Assembly (NCBI GenBank): GCA_038321865.1
Contig: JBBQFH010000053.1
Location: 1-13,264, forward strand
Length of the DNA stretch: 13,264 nt
Direction: 5' to 3'
Source: Gemmatimonadales bacterium
Lineage (GTDB): Bacteria > Gemmatimonadota > Gemmatimonadetes > Gemmatimonadales > GWC2-71-9
Position 1 is the stretch's first letter, and each line of letters opens with the position of its first letter. The notes beneath the pieces were generated by a model that saw only the letters and a program-made list of their open reading frames with translations, made no database searches and had not been told where the DNA came from. Positions 1 through 7,264 of the stretch are shown in pieces. The translations under genes and the position numbers were made by a program.

Positions 1-261
1 GGAGAGACGCCGCGTGATCAGCGGCCAATGCGGTCCACCGAAGATCGCCGCCGCCGAGAACGCAATCGTCGTAATCACGAGATCCCCGGCCGTCGCTCTC
101 GCACACCATGCTGTCGCCCGCCAGAACGGCATCGACTGGATCGGTCGGAAAAGGCTGCCCTGGGCCATCTCCCATGCGAAGTGGAGAGCGACGGTGACGA
201 GGATGACGGCAATCCAGCGCCCGGTTTCATGCACCATTTTGGTGCGGCCGGTCTCGTTCAT
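1..261 (-). CDS. Hypothetical membrane protein, 5' part only (runs off the left edge)
   Basis: Not in the ORF track because it has no stop in the window. Manual translation from ATG 261-259: MNETGRTKMVHETGRWIAVILVTVALHFAWEMAQGSLFRPIQSMPFWRATAWCARATAGDLVITTIAFSAAAIFGGPHWPLITRRLS. The ATG overlaps the upstream TGA (ATGA). Two hydrophobic segments and an LHFAWEMAQ...GD pattern. Confidence 0.7.
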   Translation of the reverse strand, partial: MNETGRTKMVHETGRWIAVILVTVALHFAWEMAQGSLFRPIQSMPFWRATAWCARATAGDLVITTIAFSAAAIFGGPHWPLITRRLS

Positions 262-1568
262 CGAGCGCTCGCTCTCAGCCATCCTCCGCGGAATCCCGCG
301 CGGCGGAGCCCGGTCACGATGACGGGGCACTCGCGCATCAGACGCCAGAGCAGGCCGGAGCGGTAATTCTCGATCATCAGGGCCACCGGTCCCTGGTCCA
401 GCCCGTGGTGCTCCGGGGCGAGCCAACCTCGGTGGGCCGCGTCGCCGGTGTCGAAGCTGGGGTTGAAGCTGGTCAGGAGCCCGTCCTGGCTGACGGTTTC
501 CGGAAACGCCTCCCGGAAGTGCCGGAGCGCCGCCAGGACCATCTCCGGAGCGAACGGCAGGGATGCGGCAACCGCCCAGGGCGCCAGGGTCCCATCATCG
601 GGGCCGACCGGAACGCCCCGGGCCACATAGCCGTAGAACTGCCGCTCGATGCCCCCTTCCAGTCGCCGCGTCGTAAAGCCGGGGCCGAGGCCGGCGGTGA
701 TCCCCCAGGCGTTCTCCCCGTATCCCTTGAACCGCAGGGGGTTGCGCAGGGCGTACTGCTGCTGGACGGCGGTGGCCCGGCGGCTGTTCTCGAAGTAGTC
801 GGACCGCTTCTCCCGCATGAACGCGTCCTGGATGCCGCGCAAGTCGAGCCAGACGTGTGAGAGCTGATGAATGAATAGCGGCGCCGCGAAGAGGAAATCG
901 ATGTCGTAGAGGTTCTCCCACTGATAGGCCTCGCACCACGCGCCGTAACTCTCCGCCGGCAGCGGATGGGTGGGCGAGCCCAGGCCGAGGACGTAGAGCA
1001 GCATCGCCTCGCTGTATCCCTCCCAGCCGTAGCTCAGGAAACCGGCCCCGGGCATCCATCTCATACGCACCGCGCCTCCGCCCGCGGTGGCCCAGAGCCA
1101 CTCGACCCGCGCATACAGGAACCCGGCGAGCTCCCTGATCTCCACTTCGTCTTCCGCCGTAGCCGAGAAGTACATCGCGCTCGTGAGGATGCCGGCGATC
1201 AAGATCCCGGTGTCGATCATCGACAGCTCGCATTGCCACACACGCCGGCCGGACTGCATGTCGAGGAAGTGGTAGTAGAAGCCCCGATACCCGGTGGCGT
1301 CCGGCTCCTCTCCTTGGGGGCTGTCGCGGAAGAACCGCAGCGCGGTCAGCGTCCGCTGGGCCGCCTCGCGGCGCGGGAGGAAGCCTCGCTCCGCGCCCAC
1401 GACGTAGGCGGCGAGCCCCAGCCCGGTGGCGGCGATGCTGCACGGGGCACCTTCCCGCGAGCTGTCGGCGATCAGCCCATTGACCGGATTCGCCGCGCGG
1501 AGGAAGTATCCGACGGCGTCGCGTTGCAGTCTTTCAAGTACCTTCAGGTGCGGTGCGGGCTCGCTCAT
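258..1568 (-). CDS. Glucoamylase-family glycoside hydrolase (GH144-like, putative beta-1,2-glucanase)
   Basis: Family motifs: NPVNGLIAD, CSIAATGLGL, GYRGFYYHFLDM, ELSMIDT, WEGYSEAMLLYVLGLGSPTHP, PLFIHQLSH, DYFENSRRAT, WGITA, DDGTLAP, GLDQGP, IENYRSG. Start placed at ATG 1568 (MSEPAPHL), which overlaps the stop of the upstream GH39 remnant (ATGA). Confidence 0.85.
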   Translation of the reverse strand: MSEPAPHLKVLERLQRDAVGYFLRAANPVNGLIADSSREGAPCSIAATGLGLAAYVVGAERGFLPRREAAQRTLTALRFFRDSPQGEEPDATGYRGFYYHFLDMQSGRRVWQCELSMIDTGILIAGILTSAMYFSATAEDEVEIRELAGFLYARVEWLWATAGGGAVRMRWMPGAGFLSYGWEGYSEAMLLYVLGLGSPTHPLPAESYGAWCEAYQWENLYDIDFLFAAPLFIHQLSHVWLDLRGIQDAFMREKRSDYFENSRRATAVQQQYALRNPLRFKGYGENAWGITAGLGPGFTTRRLEGGIERQFYGYVARGVPVGPDDGTLAPWAVAASLPFAPEMVLAALRHFREAFPETVSQDGLLTSFNPSFDTGDAAHRGWLAPEHHGLDQGPVALMIENYRSGLLWRLMRECPVIVTGLRRAGFRGGWLRASAR

Positions 1569-1891
1569 GTGGGGGCGCCGCCGTCCGACGGCTCGGGTGC
1601 GAGCTCCAGCGTGACCACCGCGATGTTCCATTCCGTGAAGTAGACGGGCCGTTCGCGCGCGCGTTCACGCACCTGTTGCGCCCGATCCCGCATGAGATCG
1701 CGCGGGCTGTTGGCGAGCTGCTCCTCCGTATCCGCGCCCTCGAAGCCGAGTGGGTCGGTCGGGTAGATGTGCGTGCTGATGAAGTCTACCGGCAGCCGGT
1801 TCCGCTCGCAGTAGTCGAGCAACTCGTCGACCCAGGCGGCCATGGCGGTCGCCGGGCCGCCGACGCGAAGCGCCGCGTCGACGGTCTTGAG
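1565..1891 (-). pseudogene. Remnant of a GH39 beta-xylosidase-like glycoside hydrolase (N-terminal half missing, probable internal deletion)
   Basis: Frame reads LKTVDAALRVGGPATAMAAWVDELLDYCERNRLPVDFISTHIYPTD...PVYFTEWN, then IAVVTLELAP...stop. VGGPA, DFISTHxY and TEWN are GH39 (clan GH-A) hallmarks. The WNEP acid/base motif is absent, and upstream the frame hits a stop near 2075 with no start codon. Confidence 0.75.
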
Positions 1892-2121
1892 TTCAGCATC
1901 GTGCTTGCCGTACTGGCCAAGTTCACCTGTGCACTCTGCCTCACGGCGTATGCGGGCATTCTCTCGGCGCTCGGTGGGGGTTCGTGGCCAGCGAGCGAGG
2001 GCTCGCGGTCATGCTGATCGCGTCGCTGTGGAATTTTTGGGCCGCCCGGCGTCCGGCCCCCACGCTGTTGCAAATCAACGGCGCTCAAGGCGCCAATCAC
2101 CCGTAAAATCCGGAGGATCCA

Positions 2122-2391
2122 ATGGCGAAGCGTTCGGTCGAAGTATTCACCGCCGGCTGTGCCCTGTGCGACGAGGCCGTCGAGCAGGTGGAGCAGCTTG
2201 CGTGTTCGAGCTGCGATGTGACAGTCCACGACCTCCACACCGACGCCGGACTTGCGAAGGCGAAGGAGTACGGTGTCGTGCATGCCCCGACGGTGGTGGT
2301 CAACGGCGTGGTCGCCGATTGTTGCCGCCAGGGCGGGGTCAACGAGGCGACGTTGCGGTCGCTCGGCGTGGGCGTGCAGGCGGAAGCGTAG
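2122..2391 (+). CDS. Small thioredoxin/glutaredoxin-fold protein (CxxC)
   Basis: VEVFTAGCALC (CxxC), YGVVHAPTVVVNG (cis-Pro region), extra CSSC and CC. RBS GGAGG at 2112-2116. Confidence 0.85.
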   Translation: MAKRSVEVFTAGCALCDEAVEQVEQLACSSCDVTVHDLHTDAGLAKAKEYGVVHAPTVVVNGVVADCCRQGGVNEATLRSLGVGVQAEA

Positions 2392-2398
2392 CAGACGC

Positions 2399-3460
2399 CT
2401 ACCGCCCGGCGTCGGAGTGTCCGTGCCGGTGATGGATGTCGGGAAAGTGGGGGTGGACGTGCACGAGCGGAGCATGCCGGTGCCGGTGGGTGTGGGGCTC
2501 TCCGGCCGCGATGCCCGGTTCGTGCGGGTGCCGATGGTGCTCGTCGTGGACGTGTCGATGCTCGTGCTCCAGCGCTTCGTGCTGGTGCTGGTGGGCGTGG
2601 CGTTCGCTCAGGTGCAGCCAAAGGCCGAGCGCCATCAAGCCAGCGGCGATGACAAGGGGCGCTGTGACCCGCTCGTGCCAGACCACCAGGCCGACCACGG
2701 CACCCACGAACGGCGCCAGCGAGAAATACGCGCCGGTGCGCGCGGTGCCGAGCGCGCGGAGCGCCCGCACGTAGAGCACGAGACTGACGCCGTACGCGAG
2801 CAGGCCCAGCAAGAGCGCTCCGGCGAGGGTCGGCGCCGGCGGGAGGCGGGCCCCCAGTGAGAGCGCGAGCGCCGTGTTTACGCTCCCCGCGATGAGTCCC
2901 TTGAGCAGCGTGATCTGAAGCGGATCACTCGCGGAGATCCGCTGGGTCAGGTTGTTGTCGATCGCCCAGGCGAGGCACGCGGCCGCGACGAGTAGTGGGC
3001 CGGTGAAGCTGCCCCAGGCGAGGCGCCCCTGCCAGGAAAGGAGCACGCCGCCGGCGACGATGGCGGCCATGCCGATGGCGATGCGACGATCGACATGCTC
3101 GTGAAAGAGAGTCCACGCGAGGAGCGCAGTGAGGACGCCTTCGAGATTGAGCAGCAGGGAGGCACTCGACGCTGGCGTGCGCATGAGGCCCAGCATGAGG
3201 AGCAGCGGGGCGATCGCGCCGCCAAAGGCAATCGCGCCGGCGAGCCATGGCAAATCTCGCCGGGTGAGCCGCGCCTCCCCTGCTCCGCCCCCGCGGCGCC
3301 GGCGAACGAGCCAGGTAATACCGAGCCCGAAACCGGATCCGAGATAGAGCAACCCGGCGAGCAGTTGCGGCGGCGCGTTGCCCAGCAGCCCCTTCGCGAG
3401 CGGCGCGCTCACGCCGAACAACACGGCGGCGGCGAGTGCAGAGCCAATGCCTCGGCGCAT
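2399..3460 (-). CDS. EamA/DMT-family transporter with His-rich C-terminal tail
   Basis: About 10 hydrophobic segments with DMT patterns (ASLLLNLEGVLTALLAWTLFHE, WAIDNNLT, LGTARTGAYFSLAPFVG). The last ~71 aa contain 24 His. Confidence 0.9.
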   Translation of the reverse strand: MRRGIGSALAAAVLFGVSAPLAKGLLGNAPPQLLAGLLYLGSGFGLGITWLVRRRRGGGAGEARLTRRDLPWLAGAIAFGGAIAPLLLMLGLMRTPASSASLLLNLEGVLTALLAWTLFHEHVDRRIAIGMAAIVAGGVLLSWQGRLAWGSFTGPLLVAAACLAWAIDNNLTQRISASDPLQITLLKGLIAGSVNTALALSLGARLPPAPTLAGALLLGLLAYGVSLVLYVRALRALGTARTGAYFSLAPFVGAVVGLVVWHERVTAPLVIAAGLMALGLWLHLSERHAHQHQHEALEHEHRHVHDEHHRHPHEPGIAAGEPHTHRHRHAPLVHVHPHFPDIHHRHGHSDAGR

Positions 3461-3720
3461 CAGCGCGTGGTCCCGGCGACATCAATGATTCGCATCAGCG
3501 CGCGTCCTCCGGGCCCCCATGAATATGCATCCGGTGAATCGAGCCGGTGTTGGTGCTGATGAACCGGAACCGCAGCATCTCACCCACTTCCATCCACATG
3601 ATGCAGGTTGACGGGCACGCCTCGCCGTCGATCGTAAAGTAATTAGGCTCGGCGCTGGGCATGCGCATGGCGGGATACGTCAGATCCTCCCACTTCAGCC
3701 ATTCCTGCAGCCCGATGATT
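3460..3720 (-). pseudogene. Degenerate multicopper oxidase remnant (C-terminal cupredoxin domain, internally deleted and frameshifted)
   Basis: LQEWLKWEDLTYPAMRMPSAEPNYFTIDGEACP...MEVGEMLRFRFI...IHRMHIHGGP resembles the NYFTINGK...HPMHIHG segment of small multicopper oxidases. A second frame at 3510-3460 reads GGRALMRIIDVAGTTR-stop, like an MCO C-terminus. The HCH copper motif and the N-terminus are missing. Confidence 0.7.
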
Positions 3721-3860
3721 GGAGTCGTCTCCACGGTTTCCTGGCTCCGTACGAGCCAGAGTGGGACGAAAAACACGATGGTGCTCCCGGCGAAGCTGCT
3801 CGGGCACTTTCGCCGGCCGGGGCAGCAATCGTCGTCCGCCCGGTGGCGTTGTTGGGTCGC

Positions 3861-3889
3861 TTGCCAACCCGCGCGCGGCGCCACATTCT
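3861..3889 (+). promoter_or_regulatory. Possible sigma70-type promoter for the HxlR-family gene
   Basis: TTGCCA (3861-3866), a 17-nt spacer, then CATTCT (3884-3889), about 40 nt upstream of ATG 3931. The -10 match is weak. Confidence 0.3.
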
Positions 3890-3930
3890 CCTGGTATGAA
3901 TCAGTGGATCCCACCCGAAATCGTCAACGC

Positions 3931-4293
3931 ATGACCGATAGCCCCGCCGAGATTCCCGCATGTGGCTGCAGCACGCCCGGGTCCGCGGCCGCAGCGACGT
4001 GTTACTGCGGCGTCGACGATCTGCTGCGCATCATCCGTCGCCGGTATTCGCTCGCCGTCCTCGACGCGATCCATACCCGGGGCACCGCACGCTACCATGA
4101 CGTCGCGTCCGCGCTGCCGCAGGTGAGCAGCTCGACGCTCGCCGAGACCCTGCATGCGCTGGCCAGCGCCGAGCTGGTGATCCGCCGCGATCTGTCCCGT
4201 ACCGCGGGTCCCCACACGACCTACACGCTCACGCCCTCGGGCACCAAGCTGCTCAACCGGCTGCGCAACCTCCTGGAGGAAGTCCGCCCCTAG
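3931..4293 (+). CDS. HxlR/DUF24 (MarR-like winged helix) transcriptional regulator with Cys-rich N-terminus
   Basis: CYCGVDDLLRIIRRRYSLAVL...ARYHDVASALPQVSSSTLAETLHALASAELVIRR...PHTTYTLTPSG fits the HxlR pattern. The start is more likely ATG 3931 than 3661, since the longer ORF overlaps the MCO remnant. Confidence 0.85.
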   Translation: MTDSPAEIPACGCSTPGSAAAATCYCGVDDLLRIIRRRYSLAVLDAIHTRGTARYHDVASALPQVSSSTLAETLHALASAELVIRRDLSRTAGPHTTYTLTPSGTKLLNRLRNLLEEVRP

Positions 4294-4294
4294 C

Positions 4295-4318
4295 GGCACT
4301 TCGGGCTGCCGAAGTGCC
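4295..4318 (+). terminator. Perfect 10-bp stem hairpin directly after the HxlR stop (possible terminator or operator)
   Basis: GGCACTTCGG-GCTG-CCGAAGTGCC begins 2 nt after the TAG. Only a short CTT follows, so there is no strong U-tract. Confidence 0.5.
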
Positions 4319-4418
4319 CTTGCGCGCCCTCTCGGTGCCCGGTACCCTGCAACAGCATGCATCTCGATGGACGGGCAGCAGTTGGGCCCGCGGACAGCAG
4401 GCCGACACGAGGTATCGG

Positions 4419-5723
4419 ATGGCCACGACCGCAGCTCCTCACCAGCTCAAGCCCAGCCAGCCTTCGATTCCCCAGACTGAACCGGAGCCGAAGGCGCAAC
4501 GCCTTCCTTTGGGCCCTCTGCACACCATACACGTCTTCTGGATTGCCGGCATGAGCTGCGACGGCTGCAGCATCTCGGTCACCGGCGCCACCAATCCCGG
4601 CATCGAGGGACTTCTCACCGGCACCGTTCCGGCGATGCCCAAGGTCATCCTGCACCATCCCGTCCTGTCGGTCGAAGCCGGCGAAGCCTTCACCCAGCCG
4701 TTCAAGGACGCGGTGGCCGGGACGCTCGGCGCGCCGTACGTCGTCGTCATGGAAGGATCGGTCGCGGACGAGCGGATCGCCGCTCGCACCGGCGGATACT
4801 TCTCGGCCATGGGCATGGAGGCGATAAACGACGGCGACGAATCCCATCCGGTGCCGACAGCCACCTGGCTCAAGCGAATGGCACCCGGCGCCGCCGCGAC
4901 GATCGCCATCGGTACCTGCGCCACGTGGGGCGGCATTCCCTCGGCGGACGGCAATCCGACCGGGTCGATGAGCGTGATGGATTTTCTCGGCAAGGATTAT
5001 CGAAGCGCGTTCGGCCTTCCCGTGGTCAACATCCCGGGGTGTGCGCCCGTCGGCGACAACTTTACCGAGACCGTCTTCGCGATCCTGCTCTTCCTCCAGG
5101 GCCTGGGCCCGTTACCCACGTTCGACGAGCTGGGCCGGCCCGCGTGGCTGTTTGCCGAGACGGTCCACCGCGGCTGCACCCGCGCGGGATATTACGAGGA
5201 AGGCGTATTCGCCAAGGAGTACGGCGATCCGGAATGTCTGGTCGAGATTGGCTGCTGGGGCCCGGTGGTGAACTGCAACATCGTGAAGCGTGGGGCGATC
5301 AATCACATGGGCGGCTGCATGGAAGCGGGTGGGGTGTGCATCGCGTGCACGATGCCCGGTTTCCCGGACAAGTTTTCGCCATTCTACAAGGCGCCGCCAG
5401 GTGCGCTGTTCTCGACCGCGGCATCCGTAACGGTTGGCGCCGTCATCCGGCGGCTCCGCCGCCTCAGCAACCGCCACGCAAACCGGGAGGTTCGCTGGGA
5501 CCGGCGCGATTTCGTGCCGAGCGGCTGGGGCAATCTCGAGGCGCAGACGCCGTCGCTCCAGGTGATGGAACTGTTTTATCAGAAGTGGCAGCACTTCCGC
5601 GCCAAGAAGCCCGGCCGGCCGCCCGGCACCGAGGAGTGGCTGTGGGGCGCAGATCGGCCCGGCCTTTCGAGCGACTACCACGATCGCAGCGCCACGCTCG
5701 AGGATTCCGATGACCGACGCTGA
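4419..5723 (+). CDS. hylS: [NiFe]-hydrogenase small subunit, group 1l (Hyl)-like, related to group 1h
   Basis: FWIAGMSCDGCS, IAIGTCATWGGIP, VNIPGCAP, TVHRGCTRAGYY, CLVEIGCWGPVVNC, GGC...GGVCIACTMPGFPDKF supply three Fe-S ligand sets. Start ATG 4419 follows RBS GAGGT (4409-4413). No Tat RR motif. The subgroup is inferred from gene layout and motifs. Confidence 0.9.
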   Translation: MATTAAPHQLKPSQPSIPQTEPEPKAQRLPLGPLHTIHVFWIAGMSCDGCSISVTGATNPGIEGLLTGTVPAMPKVILHHPVLSVEAGEAFTQPFKDAVAGTLGAPYVVVMEGSVADERIAARTGGYFSAMGMEAINDGDESHPVPTATWLKRMAPGAAATIAIGTCATWGGIPSADGNPTGSMSVMDFLGKDYRSAFGLPVVNIPGCAPVGDNFTETVFAILLFLQGLGPLPTFDELGRPAWLFAETVHRGCTRAGYYEEGVFAKEYGDPECLVEIGCWGPVVNCNIVKRGAINHMGGCMEAGGVCIACTMPGFPDKFSPFYKAPPGALFSTAASVTVGAVIRRLRRLSNRHANREVRWDRRDFVPSGWGNLEAQTPSLQVMELFYQKWQHFRAKKPGRPPGTEEWLWGADRPGLSSDYHDRSATLEDSDDRR

Positions 5724-6012
5724 GCTCTGGAGCGCGTGGCGGCTCTGGATGGGCGTGGCGATTGCCGTCGTGCTCATCGCGGCAGGACTGCTGATCACGA
5801 TCTGGCTCACCGCGCGCAGCATCCGCACGCATGCCGTGCGCGCGCTGCACGCCGCCGAGCGGATCCGGGCGCAGACGCAGCCGATCTGGGGGCTGCAGAC
5901 CACCAACGACGTCGCGGTCGAGTTGCTCGCGACGGTGCGGAGCATCGAGGCGAAGGGCGGCAAGCTCGCCGAGGCCCTCGAGAGCCATACCGGCGCGGCG
6001 GGAACCCGGTGA
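5710..6012 (+). CDS. Hydrogenase-associated short single-TM protein 1 (HylTM-like)
   Basis: TM LWMGVAIAVVLIAAGLLITIWL followed by an amphipathic helix. RBS GAGGA at about 5700; overlaps the small-subunit stop. Confidence 0.8.
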   Translation: MTDAELWSAWRLWMGVAIAVVLIAAGLLITIWLTARSIRTHAVRALHAAERIRAQTQPIWGLQTTNDVAVELLATVRSIEAKGGKLAEALESHTGAAGTR

Positions 6013-6028
6013 TGCGGAGACATAGCCC

Positions 6029-6361
6029 ATGAGCGCGCCAAGCGCGGACGCGGTGACGCATCTCTGGATCACGACGCTCGTCATCTACGGAGTCGTGCTG
6101 ATAGTGGTGGCGGTGCTGCTGACACTCATCGTGCACGCCGCCCGGCAGATCAAGGCCGGCGTCTCGGCCATCTGGACGGTGGGCCAGAAGATCGCGAACA
6201 ACACCATTCACATCCCGCTGCTCGACACGACCAATCGCGTGGCCGGTGAGATTCTCGCATCCGCCGGCGGCGTCGTGGGCGCGACCGCCGCCATCACGGC
6301 CCACGCGGAGGGCTGCCCCGGCTGCCCCACATGCGTCATCGGGCCACGGTGGGCCTCATGA
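6029..6361 (+). CDS. Hydrogenase-associated short single-TM protein 2 (HylTM-like), C-terminal CxxCxxC
   Basis: TM LWITTLVIYGVVLIVVAVLLTLIV, a helical region, then HAEGCPGCPTC. RBS GGAG at about 6017. Confidence 0.8.
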   Translation: MSAPSADAVTHLWITTLVIYGVVLIVVAVLLTLIVHAARQIKAGVSAIWTVGQKIANNTIHIPLLDTTNRVAGEILASAGGVVGATAAITAHAEGCPGCPTCVIGPRWAS

Positions 6362-6675
6362 ATACGATGGTGCTGCTCACGCTGATTTCGGTGGTCGGGG
6401 CCGCTGCGCTGTTCATCGCACTCGCGGTGTACCTGCTGCTGATCATTGCCGAACTCGAGAGCATTGGCGGGGAGCGCAAGGCGTACGGCAGCCCGTCCAG
6501 CTTCCTCTCGAAGATCCGGCTTGGAGTGCGGGCCATCGAGACGCAGACCGGCGGGCTGGCCCCCAAGGTCACCGCGCTCAACGGCGGGCTCGCTGCAATC
6601 CGGGACGGGCTCCGCGCAATCGACGACAATCTCGCCGGCCTGATCGCGGCGGTCTCACGGCAGGTGCTCAAGTGA
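6358..6675 (+). CDS. Hydrogenase-associated short single-TM protein 3 (HylTM-like)
   Basis: ATG 6358 overlaps the previous TGA (ATGA). TM VLLTLISVVGAAALFIALAVYLLLII, then heptad-like VTALNGGLAAIRDGLRAIDDNL. Confidence 0.8.
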   Translation: MNTMVLLTLISVVGAAALFIALAVYLLLIIAELESIGGERKAYGSPSSFLSKIRLGVRAIETQTGGLAPKVTALNGGLAAIRDGLRAIDDNLAGLIAAVSRQVLK

Positions 6676-6983
6676 GCGAGGAAGCGGCCGTGTTCCCGCC
6701 CGCGGTCTACACGATCTGGTGGATCGGCCTCATCGTCACGCTGGTCGTGTTCGTGCCGCTCGCGGTCTACCTGCTGCATCGCACCTGGCGCAACGCGCGG
6801 TCAATCCAGGGGTATGCCGCAGATACGCTCGCCGCCGCCGCCGGCATCGCCGCCAACACGAGCAATATCGTGGCGCTCGACACGACCATCGGAGTGGCGA
6901 CGGAAATTCTGGGTACCGCGGGCGCGGTGGCCGCCAAACTCGACACCACGGCGAACGTGCTGGCCGGCCGGGCGGAGGGCTGA
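6672..6983 (+). CDS. Hydrogenase-associated short single-TM protein 4 (HylTM-like)
   Basis: GTG 6672 overlaps the previous TGA (GTGA); this is the C-terminal part of track ORF 6246..6983. TM IWWIGLIVTLVVFVPLAVYLL, then a helix similar to proteins 1 and 2. Confidence 0.8.
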   Translation: MSEEAAVFPPAVYTIWWIGLIVTLVVFVPLAVYLLHRTWRNARSIQGYAADTLAAAAGIAANTSNIVALDTTIGVATEILGTAGAVAAKLDTTANVLAGRAEG

Positions 6984-6986
6984 CCG

Positions 6987-7250
6987 ATGCTGCTGACCCT
7001 GACGCTCATCACCGTCGCACTCGTCGTCCTCGCGCTGGCCGGATTTCTGATCGCCATCGCGTGGGCGCTGCTGCAGGCAAAGCGCAGCGTGGCCGCCATC
7101 GCGGACGGGCTCGAAGCGGTGGACGGCCACACGCGCCCGCTGCCCGAGAAGCTCGCGACCATCAACGGCGCGCTCGGCGCGCTGCTTGACGGGCTCAGGG
7201 TGGCCGACGGCCATCTCGGTCGCGCCGCGACCGTGTTCAAGCTCAACTAG
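6987..7250 (+). CDS. Hydrogenase-associated short single-TM protein 5 (HylTM-like)
   Basis: TM LLTLTLITVALVVLALAGFLIAIAWALL, then a helix similar to protein 3 (LATINGALGALLDGLRVADGHL). Confidence 0.8.
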   Translation: MLLTLTLITVALVVLALAGFLIAIAWALLQAKRSVAAIADGLEAVDGHTRPLPEKLATINGALGALLDGLRVADGHLGRAATVFKLN

Positions 7251-7264
7251 CCGGCGGGGGACGC

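Noticed and set aside
3661..3930. N-terminal extension of the HxlR ORF, and likewise the long track starts at 4314, 6246, 9415, 10100 and 11385
   Set aside because: These extensions overlap other genes or remnants and lack family similarity. The downstream starts have an RBS, a stop-start overlap or begin where family similarity begins.
6981..6989. TM protein 4 TGA is in frame with the TM protein 5 ATG (TGA CCG ATG)
   Set aside because: Each ORF is a complete TM-plus-helix unit like its paralogues, with no Cys-equivalent position or SECIS-like structure.
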